Origin: Diplonema japonicum
Lineage: Eukaryota; Protista; Euglenozoa: Diplonemea
Reading direction: 5' to 3'
NCBI GenBank assembly: GCA_964019335.1
Contig: OZ025651.1
Span: 1-64,000, forward strand
Length of the DNA: 64,000 nt
Below are positions 1 through 11,200 of the stretch, piece after piece. Below the pieces are notes generated by a model, which saw only the letters and a program-made list of their open reading frames with translations, did no database searches and was not told the DNA's origin. The position numbers were made by a program, and so were the translations under genes. Each line of letters starts with the position of its first letter. Position 1 is the stretch's first letter.

Positions 1-330
1 GGGTTTGCGGGTTTGCGGGTTTGCGGGTTTGCGGGTTTGCGGGTTTGCGGGTTTGCGGGTTTGCGGGTTTGCGGGTTTGCGGGTTTGCGGGTTTGCGGGT
101 TTGCGGGTTTGCGGGTTTGCGGGTTTGCGGGTTTGCGGGTTTGCGGGTTTGCGGGTTTGCGGGTTTGCGGGTTTGCGGGTTTGCGGGTTTGCGGGTTTGC
201 GGGTTTGCGGGTTTGCGGGTTTGCGGGTTTGCGGGTTTGCGGGTTTGCGGGTTTGCGGGTTTGCGGGTTTGCGGGTTTGCGGGTTTGCGGGTTTGCGGGT
301 TTGCGGGTTTGCGGGTTTGCGGGTTTGCGG
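1..330 (+). repeat. Perfect tandem 8-mer satellite (GGGTTTGC)n, 41 copies, continuing off the window edge
   Basis: Seen directly; the array ends at 330 (...gggtttgcgg|aagcc). The listed ORFs 5..460, 13..471 and 21..527 are artefacts of this repeat. Confidence 0.99.
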
Positions 331-484
331 AAGCCAGCACACAGCCTGTTGCGTCAGCTGTGCTTGTCACCGTCATCAGGGCATCCGAAGCACTGTCATG
401 CCACTTGCCGTCGAAGTCATCGCACCTTTCAGTCACTACACTGGCAGCCATGGTGGCTAAAAGCCCCCTAAGCAACATCATCAT
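331..484 (-). CDS. 5' part of a putative secreted protein gene running into the satellite (partial)
   Basis: Minus strand from ATG 484 reads MMMLLRGLLATMAASVVTERCDDFDGKWHDSASDALMTVTSTADATGCVLAS and continues stop-free into the repeat. Signal-peptide-like start; same orientation as all other genes. Confidence 0.5.
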
Positions 485-1037
485 TTATGAAACTGTGAAT
501 GCAAAAAAAGTAATGGAAGAAAGATAATAACGCATGTCAAAGCTACTTGAACTTCTTAGAGGGGAAAGGGAAGCATGGTCTGGCTGTTTTGAGCCCTCCC
601 AGTGAGACCGGCCGGTGACCAGTCGATAGCGCGGTCGCGTACCCTCTTCGCAGGTTTTTCACACCTCGGTCCCGGCAAACGATGCAAAGAGATTTCACAA
701 ACGCCACGGAAATGAACAGATTGAAAATCCTTGATGTTCCTGTTCGAAACGGGTGCGGCACTTAAAATGCCTCGCATAAAATTAAATCATTTGATCGCAA
801 AAGATATCTGCGTTTCGTTCTTTAATGGTTAAAGTCCAAATCACTACCATGCTGAAGGACCACTATTTCCCGCAAGCGGCACCACGATGAACCTGTAGCA
901 GTGTTGTGGATTTGGTTTTGCGTGGACACAGAAGCAAAAGATGCAATAAATATAAGAATTAAGATTCTACGAAGAAATCTTCGTTGTTTTGTTTTTTTGG
1001 GGGAAGGGAGGCGTCTGAAGTAATTACCAAGTTCCAC

Positions 1038-1676
1038 CTAAGCAGCATCGGCTTTTTCTTTACCGGTGTTTGTTACTGTCATGATGCGATCAAGTGGGAT
1101 GGAGGAAGCGAAGAGTAAACACGCCAGCAAGCATCTCTCGTGCTCGCATTGGATAAGATTCATCGCGAAGGAGTCGAGTTGCGCAAGAGGTCTGCCTCGC
1201 CCGACACCGATGCGCAACCGGCAGTGAAGTGCACCGCGTGCTGCCGCACAGACGTTACGTACTCCATTGTGAGACAACAATTTCATATCGGTCTTTTTTA
1301 AACCCCGCATCTTGACGGTGCCTAATGGCAGGTCCAGCTCATCGTGCACCACAAACATATTCTCCCAGTTGCCCTCAAGCCTTTTCTCAACCCAGCTCTT
1401 TGCCGGTGCTCCGCTCAGATTCATATAACTGTTAGACAGTACCAAATAAGTGTCGCTGAATTCTGGCTCCAACTTCTTCCAATACTGAAACTCCTTCCGT
1501 TCTAACACCTCCTCCCACTTTTCCTTTTTCACCTTGACGAATTCCCCCCTCTTCCCTGCCTTCATCTCTAACCCCAAGTCTCGGACAATCCTGCTCAGAA
1601 CTATCTGTCCTGCATTGTGCTTCTGCGTAGCATGCGCCCTGCCTGGGTTCCCTAATGCAAATATCACTTTTTTCAT
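1038..1676 (-). CDS. pth: Peptidyl-tRNA hydrolase (bacterial/mitochondrial Pth1 type)
   Basis: LGNPG...HNAG, YMNLSG, VVHDELDLPLG, SHNGV and RLRIGVGR motifs. Confidence 0.92.
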   Translation of the reverse strand: MKKVIFALGNPGRAHATQKHNAGQIVLSRIVRDLGLEMKAGKRGEFVKVKKEKWEEVLERKEFQYWKKLEPEFSDTYLVLSNSYMNLSGAPAKSWVEKRLEGNWENMFVVHDELDLPLGTVKMRGLKKTDMKLLSHNGVRNVCAAARGALHCRLRIGVGRGRPLAQLDSFAMNLIQCEHERCLLACLLFASSIPLDRIMTVTNTGKEKADAA

Positions 1677-1742
1677 ATCCCCCTTCCTGTCTGTAAGTCA
1701 AGCTTTTTCTTTTTTAATCTGTTAAAAAGAGTGCGGATACAG

Positions 1743-2760
1743 TCACAAGCGCTTCAGGCTCCTTAAGTATTGCTCGAAAGGTAATATCACATCCGCCTGC
1801 CGCCAGTTGTCGCTGAGGTACCACAATTGTCTCTCTTTTGCCTTATTTGATTTTAGCACGGCGTTCTTCTTCCCAACACCCCTGTCAAAGCAGTGAGCCA
1901 CCACCTGCAGAGTTATATAAGACATGTTATTTAAGACATACCACATCCCCCAGCGGTGTAGGACACACGCGGGGATAGGTTGAATGAGGTAGCAGGGCAA
2001 CTGTCAGCTGTGAAAGGGAAGCTGTGCCATAGGCCATAACAGAGCTGTTAGTGTAAGTGAGCAAGCCTTCCCATCGTACGCCGAGCGTTGCAAGAGCTGT
2101 ATTGAGAGCTACTTGGTCGTCACGTGTTTCCTTAATGTTCTCTAACGCACTCTGCAGAAGCTGCAGTGTCCCTTCAGTAGTTTTAAAGGCAATGAAGCCC
2201 ATGCATGCAGTTGCACCCCACTTCTTGAACAACTTATTGGGGTAGGAACCTCTTTGAGCCACGATATCGGCCTTCAAGGAACGCACTTCCTGCACAGGGC
2301 TTTTTACCCAGATGGCATCCAAGTCACTCAACAGGACCATTTTCACTGTCGTGTCATGAAAATATTGTGCCACAAGCCCAAGTCGCAGTTCCCATAGGTC
2401 GGCAAGATTGCCAGTAGTAAAAGATCCTTCGCAAGACCCGCCAAGGGCGCTCAGCCACCTCCTCATCTTTTCGTCCAAACACAGCACTTTCACCCTAAAG
2501 GTTTCACCTTCGCTTTTAGAACTCTCTGCAGCCACTAACCAGTTCAGCAAAAGCTCTTTATATTCGTAGCTCGCACTAACCACCACCACAGTGCTGCTCA
2601 CGGCTTCTTCTCCTCTCACTGTATTGCCGTATAAAGCAGTCTGGCACACCCACACCAATAAGAGCAGCACAGCCACTATGAACCATCTTCTCAATCTCAT
2701 ACTATCTGATTGTGATATGCTGTGGTCATCTGCAAGCATGGCATAACCTCGTGTCTGCAT
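1743..2760 (-). CDS. Type II membrane nucleotide-diphospho-sugar transferase (GT77-like); intron 1905-1941
   Basis: N-terminal TM anchor, SDLDAIW (DxD) and DDQVALN. A 37-nt GTATG..CAG intron joins ORF 1927..2760 to VVAHC...W in ORF 1743..2000. Confidence 0.8.
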
Positions 2761-2810
2761 TAAATGTTAACCGAACCGAACCGTAATATATAAGTATGAA
2801 ATGTTGAGTG

Positions 2811-4271
2811 TTAATCTTTAAAAATAGAAAGGGCGAGCGAAGCAGCTGCCGTGGTGGTCATCTCGTGGAACAAGGAAATATCCCAGCCAGTGCAGGCGCG
2901 CTTCCATGGCATGGTAAGGAGCCTTGCAAAGCACGTGTTCTGTGATGAGCTGTTTGTGGGCTTATTGACACACCTGCGAGACAGAGGAGGCGGAGTTTCC
3001 TATGAAGACACTGCCCTTGCGTAGAAGGAAGTAATCTGTTGCAAGACCGTGAAGCCCGCCAATCTCTTCCGTGTGGTACTTCCCTGAGTAAAAAACAGCG
3101 CCTTTAGTGAGGAGATCCATCTCAGCTGCCTTGTTCTGATGGTCTGAAGCAAGGAAGGCCGGGTAGGGTAAAATGTTGGGATCTCCAGTGCTGCTGATCC
3201 CGAGCCTGTGGTGGTATTTCTCCTTGCGCAACATACACATTCCGTAGCGTCACTGACGTGTAAGTAAAGTTCACCTTGCACTGTGCGTGCAGCTCCCCAA
3301 GCTGTGATCGTGTCTTGTTGGTCGTGTCATACCAGCTTAGGTGAAATATTGAAGTTCTTCACGAAATCTGTTTCTATCTCAGCGCTGCACGTCCCTTCTC
3401 TGTATCGCAGATGAATGGCGATGTAGTCTTGCCCTTCTCCATATGTTGCTTTGCTAAATCGATCCACTTCCTCCTGTACTTCCTTCGATGGTCGCAAAAG
3501 CCCATATCCCATTGCCATGAAGCGGAGCCCTGGTCGCAGGAAGAAGGCCAGCTCGCCCGAGAGGTTGATGAGCCGCTGTTGGGCGGCTCGAAGCTTGGGG
3601 ATGGCAGTCTCGATAGTAGTCTTAAAACCCGGGATTGGGAAGGACTTAGGAAAGAGTGCTTTGGGGTCACATTTTAGGTGGTTCTGCTTGCCAAGGGGCA
3701 TGTCGTGGATGTCCTGCCCAAAGCAGCCGACTGACCTTTCGTGCAATAACTGAGCTGAGGCGGCGTCCTTAATACAGAAGTACCGTCCGAGCTCCTCGAA
3801 GCTGTAGAAGGATCTGACATCGTGCCATGCCTTGGCATGTCGGAAGTGTCCGAGCACGAAGGTGCGGTTGAGAAGGTGTGCCATGAGGATGCCGTGGACA
3901 ACGGACTGCAGCTGGTTGTGGTGACGGCCCCATGTGTGGGTGTTCACTGTGAGATACTTGTCGGGACAGGGAACTGAAGGGTCGCGCAAAGGAGGCAGCG
4001 TCGGGGGGGTCCATTCCTCGATGTCATGTCGTGCAACGAGGTCTATGTGCACCTCCTCCATACCCTTCGTCTCGCTGCCTACAGGGGGGTCGGGCTGCCG
4101 TTCAATCGCTCCACATCCTAATCCCTTCCGCAGGCAATCTAAATCCTGCTGTGTTGCACCCGCATGGTGCGCCTCATCGTCGATCATGTCACTAAACGAC
4201 CACCCGACAGTGCACCCCAACAGCACAAGAATCAACAATAAGCCGTATAGCCATCGCTTCTGTCGGTTCAT
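2811..4271 (-). CDS. O-fucosyltransferase-family type II membrane protein; introns 3302-3332, about 3223-3253 (tentative) and 2940-2973
   Basis: TM anchor, GRHHNQL...AHLLNRTFVL, IAIHLR, FLASD and FIGNSASSVS. Three short GT-AG introns restore one frame ending at TAA 2811-2813. Confidence 0.78.
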
Positions 4272-5892
4272 ATTTAGTTTTAATTCTTTATATCGTGTTC
4301 CTCGGCTGCTTCACAGCATTGCCCTGCATGATTGCAATGTAATGAACTGCTTTGTGATAAAAACATAAGGGAGAGGTGCGGGGGTGCGGGGGGGGGGGCA
4401 TACTCAAAAAAAGGAGAAAAAAATGAAATAAATTTAAATAAAAAGAATGGAGAGGGAAGATAAGATAAAATAAGAATTCTTCTTTCATTTTCTTGTTTTT
4501 TTCTTTTTTCTTTTTTTTCTTTTTTTCATGTCTCCTCCGCCTACCTTCTTGCTTTCTCCCTCTTTTATCTTCTTTTTTTTCTTTACCTTTTCTCCTTTTA
4601 ATATTACACAATCACCCTCTTCGAAAGGAAAAAAAAAGAAAGTCGGAAGAAAAAAAAAAAGGGAGGGGGAAAGTAGAGTACTCCGTAGAAGGAGCTGGGT
4701 AGACGCCAAATTTATTCTTGTTTGTTTGAATTGGAAAAAGAAAAACAGGGGAGAATAAAAGCGAGAAAAACATGCTTTGCCTTTTTCAAATACATCAAAG
4801 TATCGACTACTTGTTGTCTCGCTTTTCTTTTTTTGTGTTTTCCTCCTTTTCTCTATTTCGCTTTTTTTACTCGTTTCTTTTTCCCCTTTTTCTTGTTGTA
4901 TGACACTGTTCAGCTGCTGAAAGGGACAACAAAATATTCCTCCCAGTCATTCAATGCCATACGGTGAGTGCCTTCCTCTATTGCGCACCTAAGCACACCT
5001 GGGCGTACCATCGTGCTCCAGGGGAAAACAGATTGCTGAACAGCTTTTTTTAAAAAATCGCACTTTTCTAATCTTTTGATTCTCTTTTCTTCCCCTTTTT
5101 TCCCCGCCCCCTTAAGAGAAAAATAAGATAAAAAAATAAAATAAAAAAGTAAAGAGTCCACTGCAAGGTTTCTGAGGCGGCGTAGATAATGGGGCCTAGA
5201 AAGCAGCTTCTTCTATAATAAAAAAAAAGAAATCACTATAATGGGGATTTACACAACGACCCACTGTGGTTTTCTTTTTTTCCCTTGTTTTTCTTAAGAA
5301 ACACTGTGATTGAGACAAGGCAACTGCCCTGACGTCAAACTTGAACGAATAACCATCGAAACGCCAATTGCAGCGCTGCAGTTTCATTCACAACGCACTC
5401 TTTTGTGGTAGTTAAGGTCACCAGCATGTACTCCAGAGAAAAGAAAACAAAACTAAAAAAAAAAAAAAAAAAAAAAGAAATGCATGAAAATATCCCAAAG
5501 AGAGCAGAGTACTTTGAATACCGGGCATCATGCTTTCGTTCCTATTCCACGGGCGATTAGAAAAGCATATTCTTAAAACGGTGCACGGCTTAGCCTATAA
5601 CGTTCGCTAGCCTAAAACTTATCCATCAATGTTCTTTTCTTTCTCCCATGTGTGCATAAAGATAGTATCAAAGGGTAATTAAAAAACAAAAACTGTGGGG
5701 ACTGGAGCTCAATTCGCCAAAAAAACGGGGGGGGGGGGAAGAAGAGAAAAGGGAGATTCCTGGGATGGAATGCCCCCTTCTCTACTTATCAGCCCTTTTT
5801 CTCCCTCAGAAAAAAAAGGGGGGGTGGGGGAAATCGGAATTTAAAATCCCTTCAAAAACAGTTTCAAAGGATTACATTTTATTTCTTCATCT

Positions 5893-6397
5893 TTAAGCGG
5901 GTTCGCACATGAGCTTGATGAACTCGGCAAGATCGATCTTCCCGTCACCGTTGGGGTCCACGTCGCTCATTACCTTTTTGGATTAAAATAATACTTTAAA
6001 TTCTTTCACAGAAACATACCTCCTTTGCCTCCTCATCTGTCATGGTGGTGTTGGCGAAGGTCTTGAGTGCATAGACAAGGTCCATGGCGTTCAGGTAACC
6101 ATCACCATCGTCGTCGAACTTCTGGAACACAGCCTCCAGCTGCTCCAGGAGCTCAGGCTCCGATACTTTCTTTGCCACAAGGTGCAGGAACTCATCGAAC
6201 TCGATCTCTCCCGTCCCATCCGTGTCCACTTCGCGCACCATCTCCTCCAGTTGCTGCTCGGAAGGCTTCATGCCCAACGACCTCATGGCACACCCCAATT
6301 CCTTCAAACAAATCGCTCCGCTGTTATCCGAATCAAACAAGTTGAACACATGTCTGTATTCCTGCACCTGCTCTGACGTCAAACCGTGGCTTGTCAT
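5893..6397 (-). CDS. Calmodulin-like protein with 4 EF-hands; intron 5974-6019
   Basis: Loops [24 protein letters not shown] and [12 protein letters not shown], plus [12 protein letters not shown] after the 46-nt intron. Too divergent to be calmodulin itself. Confidence 0.9.
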
Positions 6398-6509
6398 GGC
6401 TGCTTTTTTTATGACCTGTGTGGGAAGGGCGGTGGGACATCATTATGAAATTTAAAAACTCTTAAATGTGTTACCATATCCGTTATTCGGACTTCTTGCT
6501 TTCTCCTTG

Positions 6510-7634
6510 TCATCTACGCCGCTTAGTGCTTCCCGTGATTCTTTTCAATAGTGTGTAGAACAATACCGCTAACAGTAACAAGAACACGATGAGGTAGTAG
6601 TAGTAATAGAAGGAAACGGGCCCTGTCTGTAGGGGGGGAGGGGAGAGGGGAAAGAGGGAAAGGGGAGGTGGAAGGGATGAATTCTGTACCCTTTGTTTAA
6701 TGGTCTGGAGATTAAAGACCGCCCCCTTGTTATTCCTGTTCGGGATTGTGATGTTGTGCACCATGCCTGCAGGTGTGTGTGCTGAGATAATCATATATGT
6801 GGGTGTAGTTCGGTGCAAGAAGATCCCGTCGGCGAAGAAGTGCCACAAGCTATGGAGGGATACACGGTAGCCCTTGTCATGCGGGGTGTGCGGCATGTAC
6901 CCAGCACCACCACCTGAGTTCAAATAATAAACCCCTTCGTAGAGGGAGTACTGCATGTAGTGGTTGTCTGCGTTGATGTACAGCGATACGTTCGCCACCG
7001 TGAACAAGGGGCACAACATGTCCACCAACCACTTTTTGTTTTCGTGTGGCCCGTTGGCATGCAGGGGGTAGTGTCCGACCACGACCTTCCACCCGGTGAA
7101 ATCCTTGAGCAACTCCTCTTGCATCCATGCCCACTGCAGCATGTTGTCCCAACAACGGGCCTTGTACAGCTTCGGCTTGTCCTTGTTGACAACACACCTC
7201 TCTAGCAGCACAGTGTCGATGAAGACAAGCTTGACTCCATTCTCGACAACAGTGTGGTAGGGGTATGGTAAGTTCCACCTTGCAGGGTTTATCTTCGTAT
7301 AATTCACCTGTGCCCATATGTCACCTCGGTAGTCATGGTTCCCTAGCGCCACATGGAACTTCACTTCCTCTGGGTACACATCCAGGAAGGTTTCCCTCCA
7401 CCTGTCCTCCATTGTTGTCTGCACGCCTTTCCTGTAAAAATTATCACCCGCTGCCACTGCGTACCGTACACCATTCTCCTTGGCCACCTTTCCCATCAGC
7501 TTGCCTATTTCCCTCTGCCGGTCTCGACTTTTCTTCTCACCCCCCCAACACCCGAAGCTGATGAAGTTCTCATCTTCACCCTTTGTTCCCTGCAGACACA
7601 TGGACAATAATATTAATATCACTACGCCTATCAT
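6510..7634 (-). CDS. Membrane-anchored purple/tartrate-resistant acid phosphatase-like metallophosphoesterase
   Basis: Signal peptide, GDNFY, GNHDY, VVGHYP and a C-terminal TM helix. Motifs 1 and 5 are variant (GCWG, ADNH). Confidence 0.85.
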   Translation of the reverse strand: MIGVVILILLSMCLQGTKGEDENFISFGCWGGEKKSRDRQREIGKLMGKVAKENGVRYAVAAGDNFYRKGVQTTMEDRWRETFLDVYPEEVKFHVALGNHDYRGDIWAQVNYTKINPARWNLPYPYHTVVENGVKLVFIDTVLLERCVVNKDKPKLYKARCWDNMLQWAWMQEELLKDFTGWKVVVGHYPLHANGPHENKKWLVDMLCPLFTVANVSLYINADNHYMQYSLYEGVYYLNSGGGAGYMPHTPHDKGYRVSLHSLWHFFADGIFLHRTTPTYMIISAHTPAGMVHNITIPNRNNKGAVFNLQTIKQRVQNSSLPPPLSLFPLSPPPLQTGPVSFYYYYYLIVFLLLLAVLFYTLLKRITGSTKRRR

Positions 7635-8088
7635 CTTCTTTCAGTTTTTTTGGCCCCCTTTGCCTGTTTGTCGTCTTCAAATGCACCTCGTAAAAAGGAA
7701 GGAAAAAATGAGAAAAATATGATGGAGAATAAAAGAAAAGAATCATCACCAAATCTCTTACTTTGCATTTTGGCCTTCTTTCCTTTTGTAGGTGAAGCGC
7801 AATATTCTTGTGAACTATGGAAAAGGAATAAAAAAAAAAAAGGTCTTAAGAGCACAAGAAAGGGTCCGTGTATTCTCCCGGCTCCGGTGTAGAAGCATCC
7901 AAAAAAAATGGCTTTACTTTTTACTAATAATAAAGCAAGCTTCTTGGTCGCAACCTATGTCAATCACGTAAAGACAGGGATAAAAAAAAAACCGAGGAGC
8001 CTGTGAAAAGAAGGAAGGGAAGATAAAAAAGAAACGTCCCATGTTTGTAAAAACTGAGAATTAAGAAAGGAGAAAAACTCAAAGTGCA

Positions 8089-8200
8089 GGACAAACCCCC
8101 TCATGGAGGGCCGCCCTTGGGTGGGTTGGGGGGGGCTATCTATTTATACTCCCCTTCTGGAGCATTGCTTTCGTTCCAATCGAGGCCTTGAGCGTCTTGC
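8089..8200. repeat. Dispersed intergenic element family A, copy 1
   Basis: Collinear with 29122-29228 over about 110 nt (e.g. ctccccttctggagcattgctttcgttcc vs ctccctttctggagcctcgctttcgttcc). Confidence 0.75.
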
Positions 8201-8280
8201 AAAAAAAAAAGCGATGTAACAAGAAAAAAGTGAAAGGGGAGGACACTTGAATCAGACGTGGAAACGCCCCAGAACAGCTG

Positions 8281-11200
8281 CTATTCACCCGCAACGCTGT
8301 TTGAAGGTGGTGTGGAGGCGGTGATAGATGGCTGTCGACAGTGCTGAAAAAAGTTAAATGCTATTTTATTTACGTACCTCGAGTGACTGAGAAACACGTA
8401 CCTCGAGTGACTGAGAAGAGCCACCCGCACGCGGGCTACTAGGTACTCTCGAAGAAGATGCAGGTGAGAGAGACAAGACAGGTGTCGGTGTGTTGCTTAA
8501 GTGCTCGCTGTCGGGCACCGTCCGGACCTCGTGCTTCTTCTGGATGGCGATGTGCCTTCCCTTGCGGCCTCTCCAAACCTTCTGAATCTGCATTGCGGAG
8601 AGTTCCACCTTTGCGTACCCATTGCGTATGGAGGTGAGTTCTTCATAGTAGCCGTCGCTGTGCAGCGCATTCCACGCCTTACGATTAGTCTCCAGCACGT
8701 CTTCCCAGTACGGCACATCAACAATGATCAGCCCGTACTTGAACAGATTGAACTCAATCAGCACCGTCACTAGCTCTTGGTACGACACATGACTATCGTA
8801 GTTGCAGCACCTGTTCCCGATGCTGTTGAGAAGCGTCTTTCTGAAAAACGCGCTTGTAGCGTCGTTCTCATCGTCGAACCCAAGTGGAGGGCCCACAGCA
8901 CGTAGCTGCGACGAGATCTCCCTGATAGGTATGAGCCGTGTCCCCCGCGGGTCGCGCTTCTCCCACTCGTTGTAGAAGACAGTCACGTGGTCCTCCGTCA
9001 ACAGAGCGTTCTCCTCCATTGAGACAACTTCGTAGCCACTCAGGATGACCGCAATGAACACGTTCAGCAGCACATACATCCCCAACACCATAAACGACGT
9101 GAAATACATCACCGCGATTGACCCATCTCCGCAGTTCCCTAGCTGGTCACTGCAGCGTGGCACCCCAACTCTGCAGTCGTTCATGATGCACTGCCACGCC
9201 TCACCTGTCGTCATGCGGAACAGCAGCAGAATGGCGTTGAAGAAGTGGTCAAAGTTGGCATGCTCGTGGAGACACTGACCACGTTTCACCCTCCCAAACA
9301 GGTCCACGCCCAACACCGCGTACAAGAAAAACAGCAACGACAGCAACCCCGCAACATTAACAAGGGTCGGGAGGGATAGTATCCTGGGATAGTTATAAAC
9401 CCATTGTAAATAACATACAGCGTCTTCAGCAGAGCACGTACCCCAGCAGCACTCCGTATAACTCTGATGATTCTCGCAAGACGAAGTACCCTGAAGGTGG
9501 ACAGCATCAAGGCCTCGTTCACAGTACTCTGTAAATTTCTTGTAACACAAACAGCGTGACACACCTCCATTATTGTCCCCATCAACGAAATCAACACGAT
9601 AGAAAAGTCAAACTTGTTCCCCGGGTCCTGGAAGTAGCCTTGTGGCTGGTGCGCGGTAATCTGCGAATGGATTGCTATCTTGTATGTTTTATTTTAACAC
9701 ACCTTTACAATCGCTTCTACGAGGAATACCCCCAAGAAGATTTGATTGTTTATGGAAAGCGCCTTGTTCCACTCGCTACTTTGATCAACGTGCTCAGTGG
9801 CCATGACAAGGACGTTGATGGTGATACATGCAGTGATGAAGTGATTGAAAGCTGCGTGCTGCACGAATTGAAAAAGGCGCATCCTCCAGGGGGCCATTCC
9901 CTCTTGCTTGTTCATTTTTGGTGTATTCAGCAGCATCGCGTCCTGCACAGCGATCCACTGCCGTTGGGACTCTGAGAGGTTAACCCACTTCTGCTGGTCG
10001 TTCCTGTCCTTCGCCGTGTTGTATTGCTCTATCAACACACCCACAAAGAGGTTGATAATGAAAAAGCTCCCAACCACGATAAAAATAATAAAGTATAGAG
10101 CCATGTACTGCTGGTTGCCCTTCTGAGGTGCGCTGTCTGGTCCGACAGCATCCTGTCCTAAGTGCATTAAAACCACCCAGCCTTCTAGCGTGGCGATTTG
10201 AAACAACGCTAGTAGTGCTGCACCCAGGTGGTCAAAGTGGTCTGGGTAGCTCTCCCATGTGTACAAGGGCTCTCCAGCGTCGTTCTTTAACAGGAGACAG
10301 TCCTCCTTTGTCATGGGTGCTGCGATGACCTTCTCCGTCAGGGTCCACAGCGGGTAGCTCACGTCGCCCCAATTCTCGTCCGTGCATGCGTAGAAGCTGC
10401 CTTGGAAGAACTGCATGCCCATGATGGCAAACATAAAGAACACAAGAGTTGTGATAAAGGCGATGTTTGCCATCGGGGGAATTGAACTGATAAGGGCAAC
10501 AACCACCAGCTTGAGACCGGGAGACTTATTGATGAACCTCAAAGGCCTCAGCGTTCTCATCATTCTGAAGATCTCAAGCTGCTGCGCACCAGACGACGAC
10601 TTGAACGCCATCGCGACGAGCGAGAATACAACAATCACGAAATCCAGCCTGTTCCAGCCATCGCGACGTAGGTACGACGTCGGGTGCATCACAAATCCAT
10701 GCGCAAGGATCTTTAACACAGCCTCCGCCGTGAAGCATATGGTGAGGGCTAGGTCAATGTTGTCAATGACTCTAGGGAACAACTCGTCTGGTGCTGCGAT
10801 GGGGTTCGCCATGGTGAGTGACACGGTCGAAACGGCGATGAGAAAAATCACAGCAGCTTCAAAGGCTTTGTGTGTGACTGCCGCATATAGCACTTTCCGC
10901 ACAGGGTGGTTGAAGGGCAGGATAAATAGCGCCCTATCATTAAAGTCATCTTCGGTGTTCAACGGCTCTGTCCTCGCAGCCGCCACATCAGGAAACAAGA
11001 CAGACTTCATTGTCAGCACGTTACGGTCCCTCCTTGTGATGTCCCGCACTGAAGAGTGGAGCTCCAATTCGTTCTTCAGCTCTCTCGCAGCGTGTTTTGA
11101 TAACTCGACTGTGAAGTTAGTTGCACTCCACCCGTATCTAACGAAGATAGGTGTAAGTTCTGGGTGGTGGTCAAGGACCCGCTTCGTGATGATCTTTAGA

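Noticed and set aside
1-330. Canonical telomere
   Set aside because: A left chromosome end should show the C-rich strand on +. Here the G-rich strand is on +, and the unit is not TTAGGG.
5-527. Plus-strand ORFs (RVCGFAGL)n
   Set aside because: Translations of the stop-free 8-mer satellite.
543-1037. Short ORFs 543..761, 556..777 and 822..1037
   Set aside because: No recognisable motifs; cannot be distinguished from UTR or spacer sequence.
4288-5200. K/F-rich ORFs in spacers (also near 27300-27900, 33400-33900, 59500-60400 and 61700-63000)
   Set aside because: Products of poly(A)/poly(T) low-complexity intergenic DNA.
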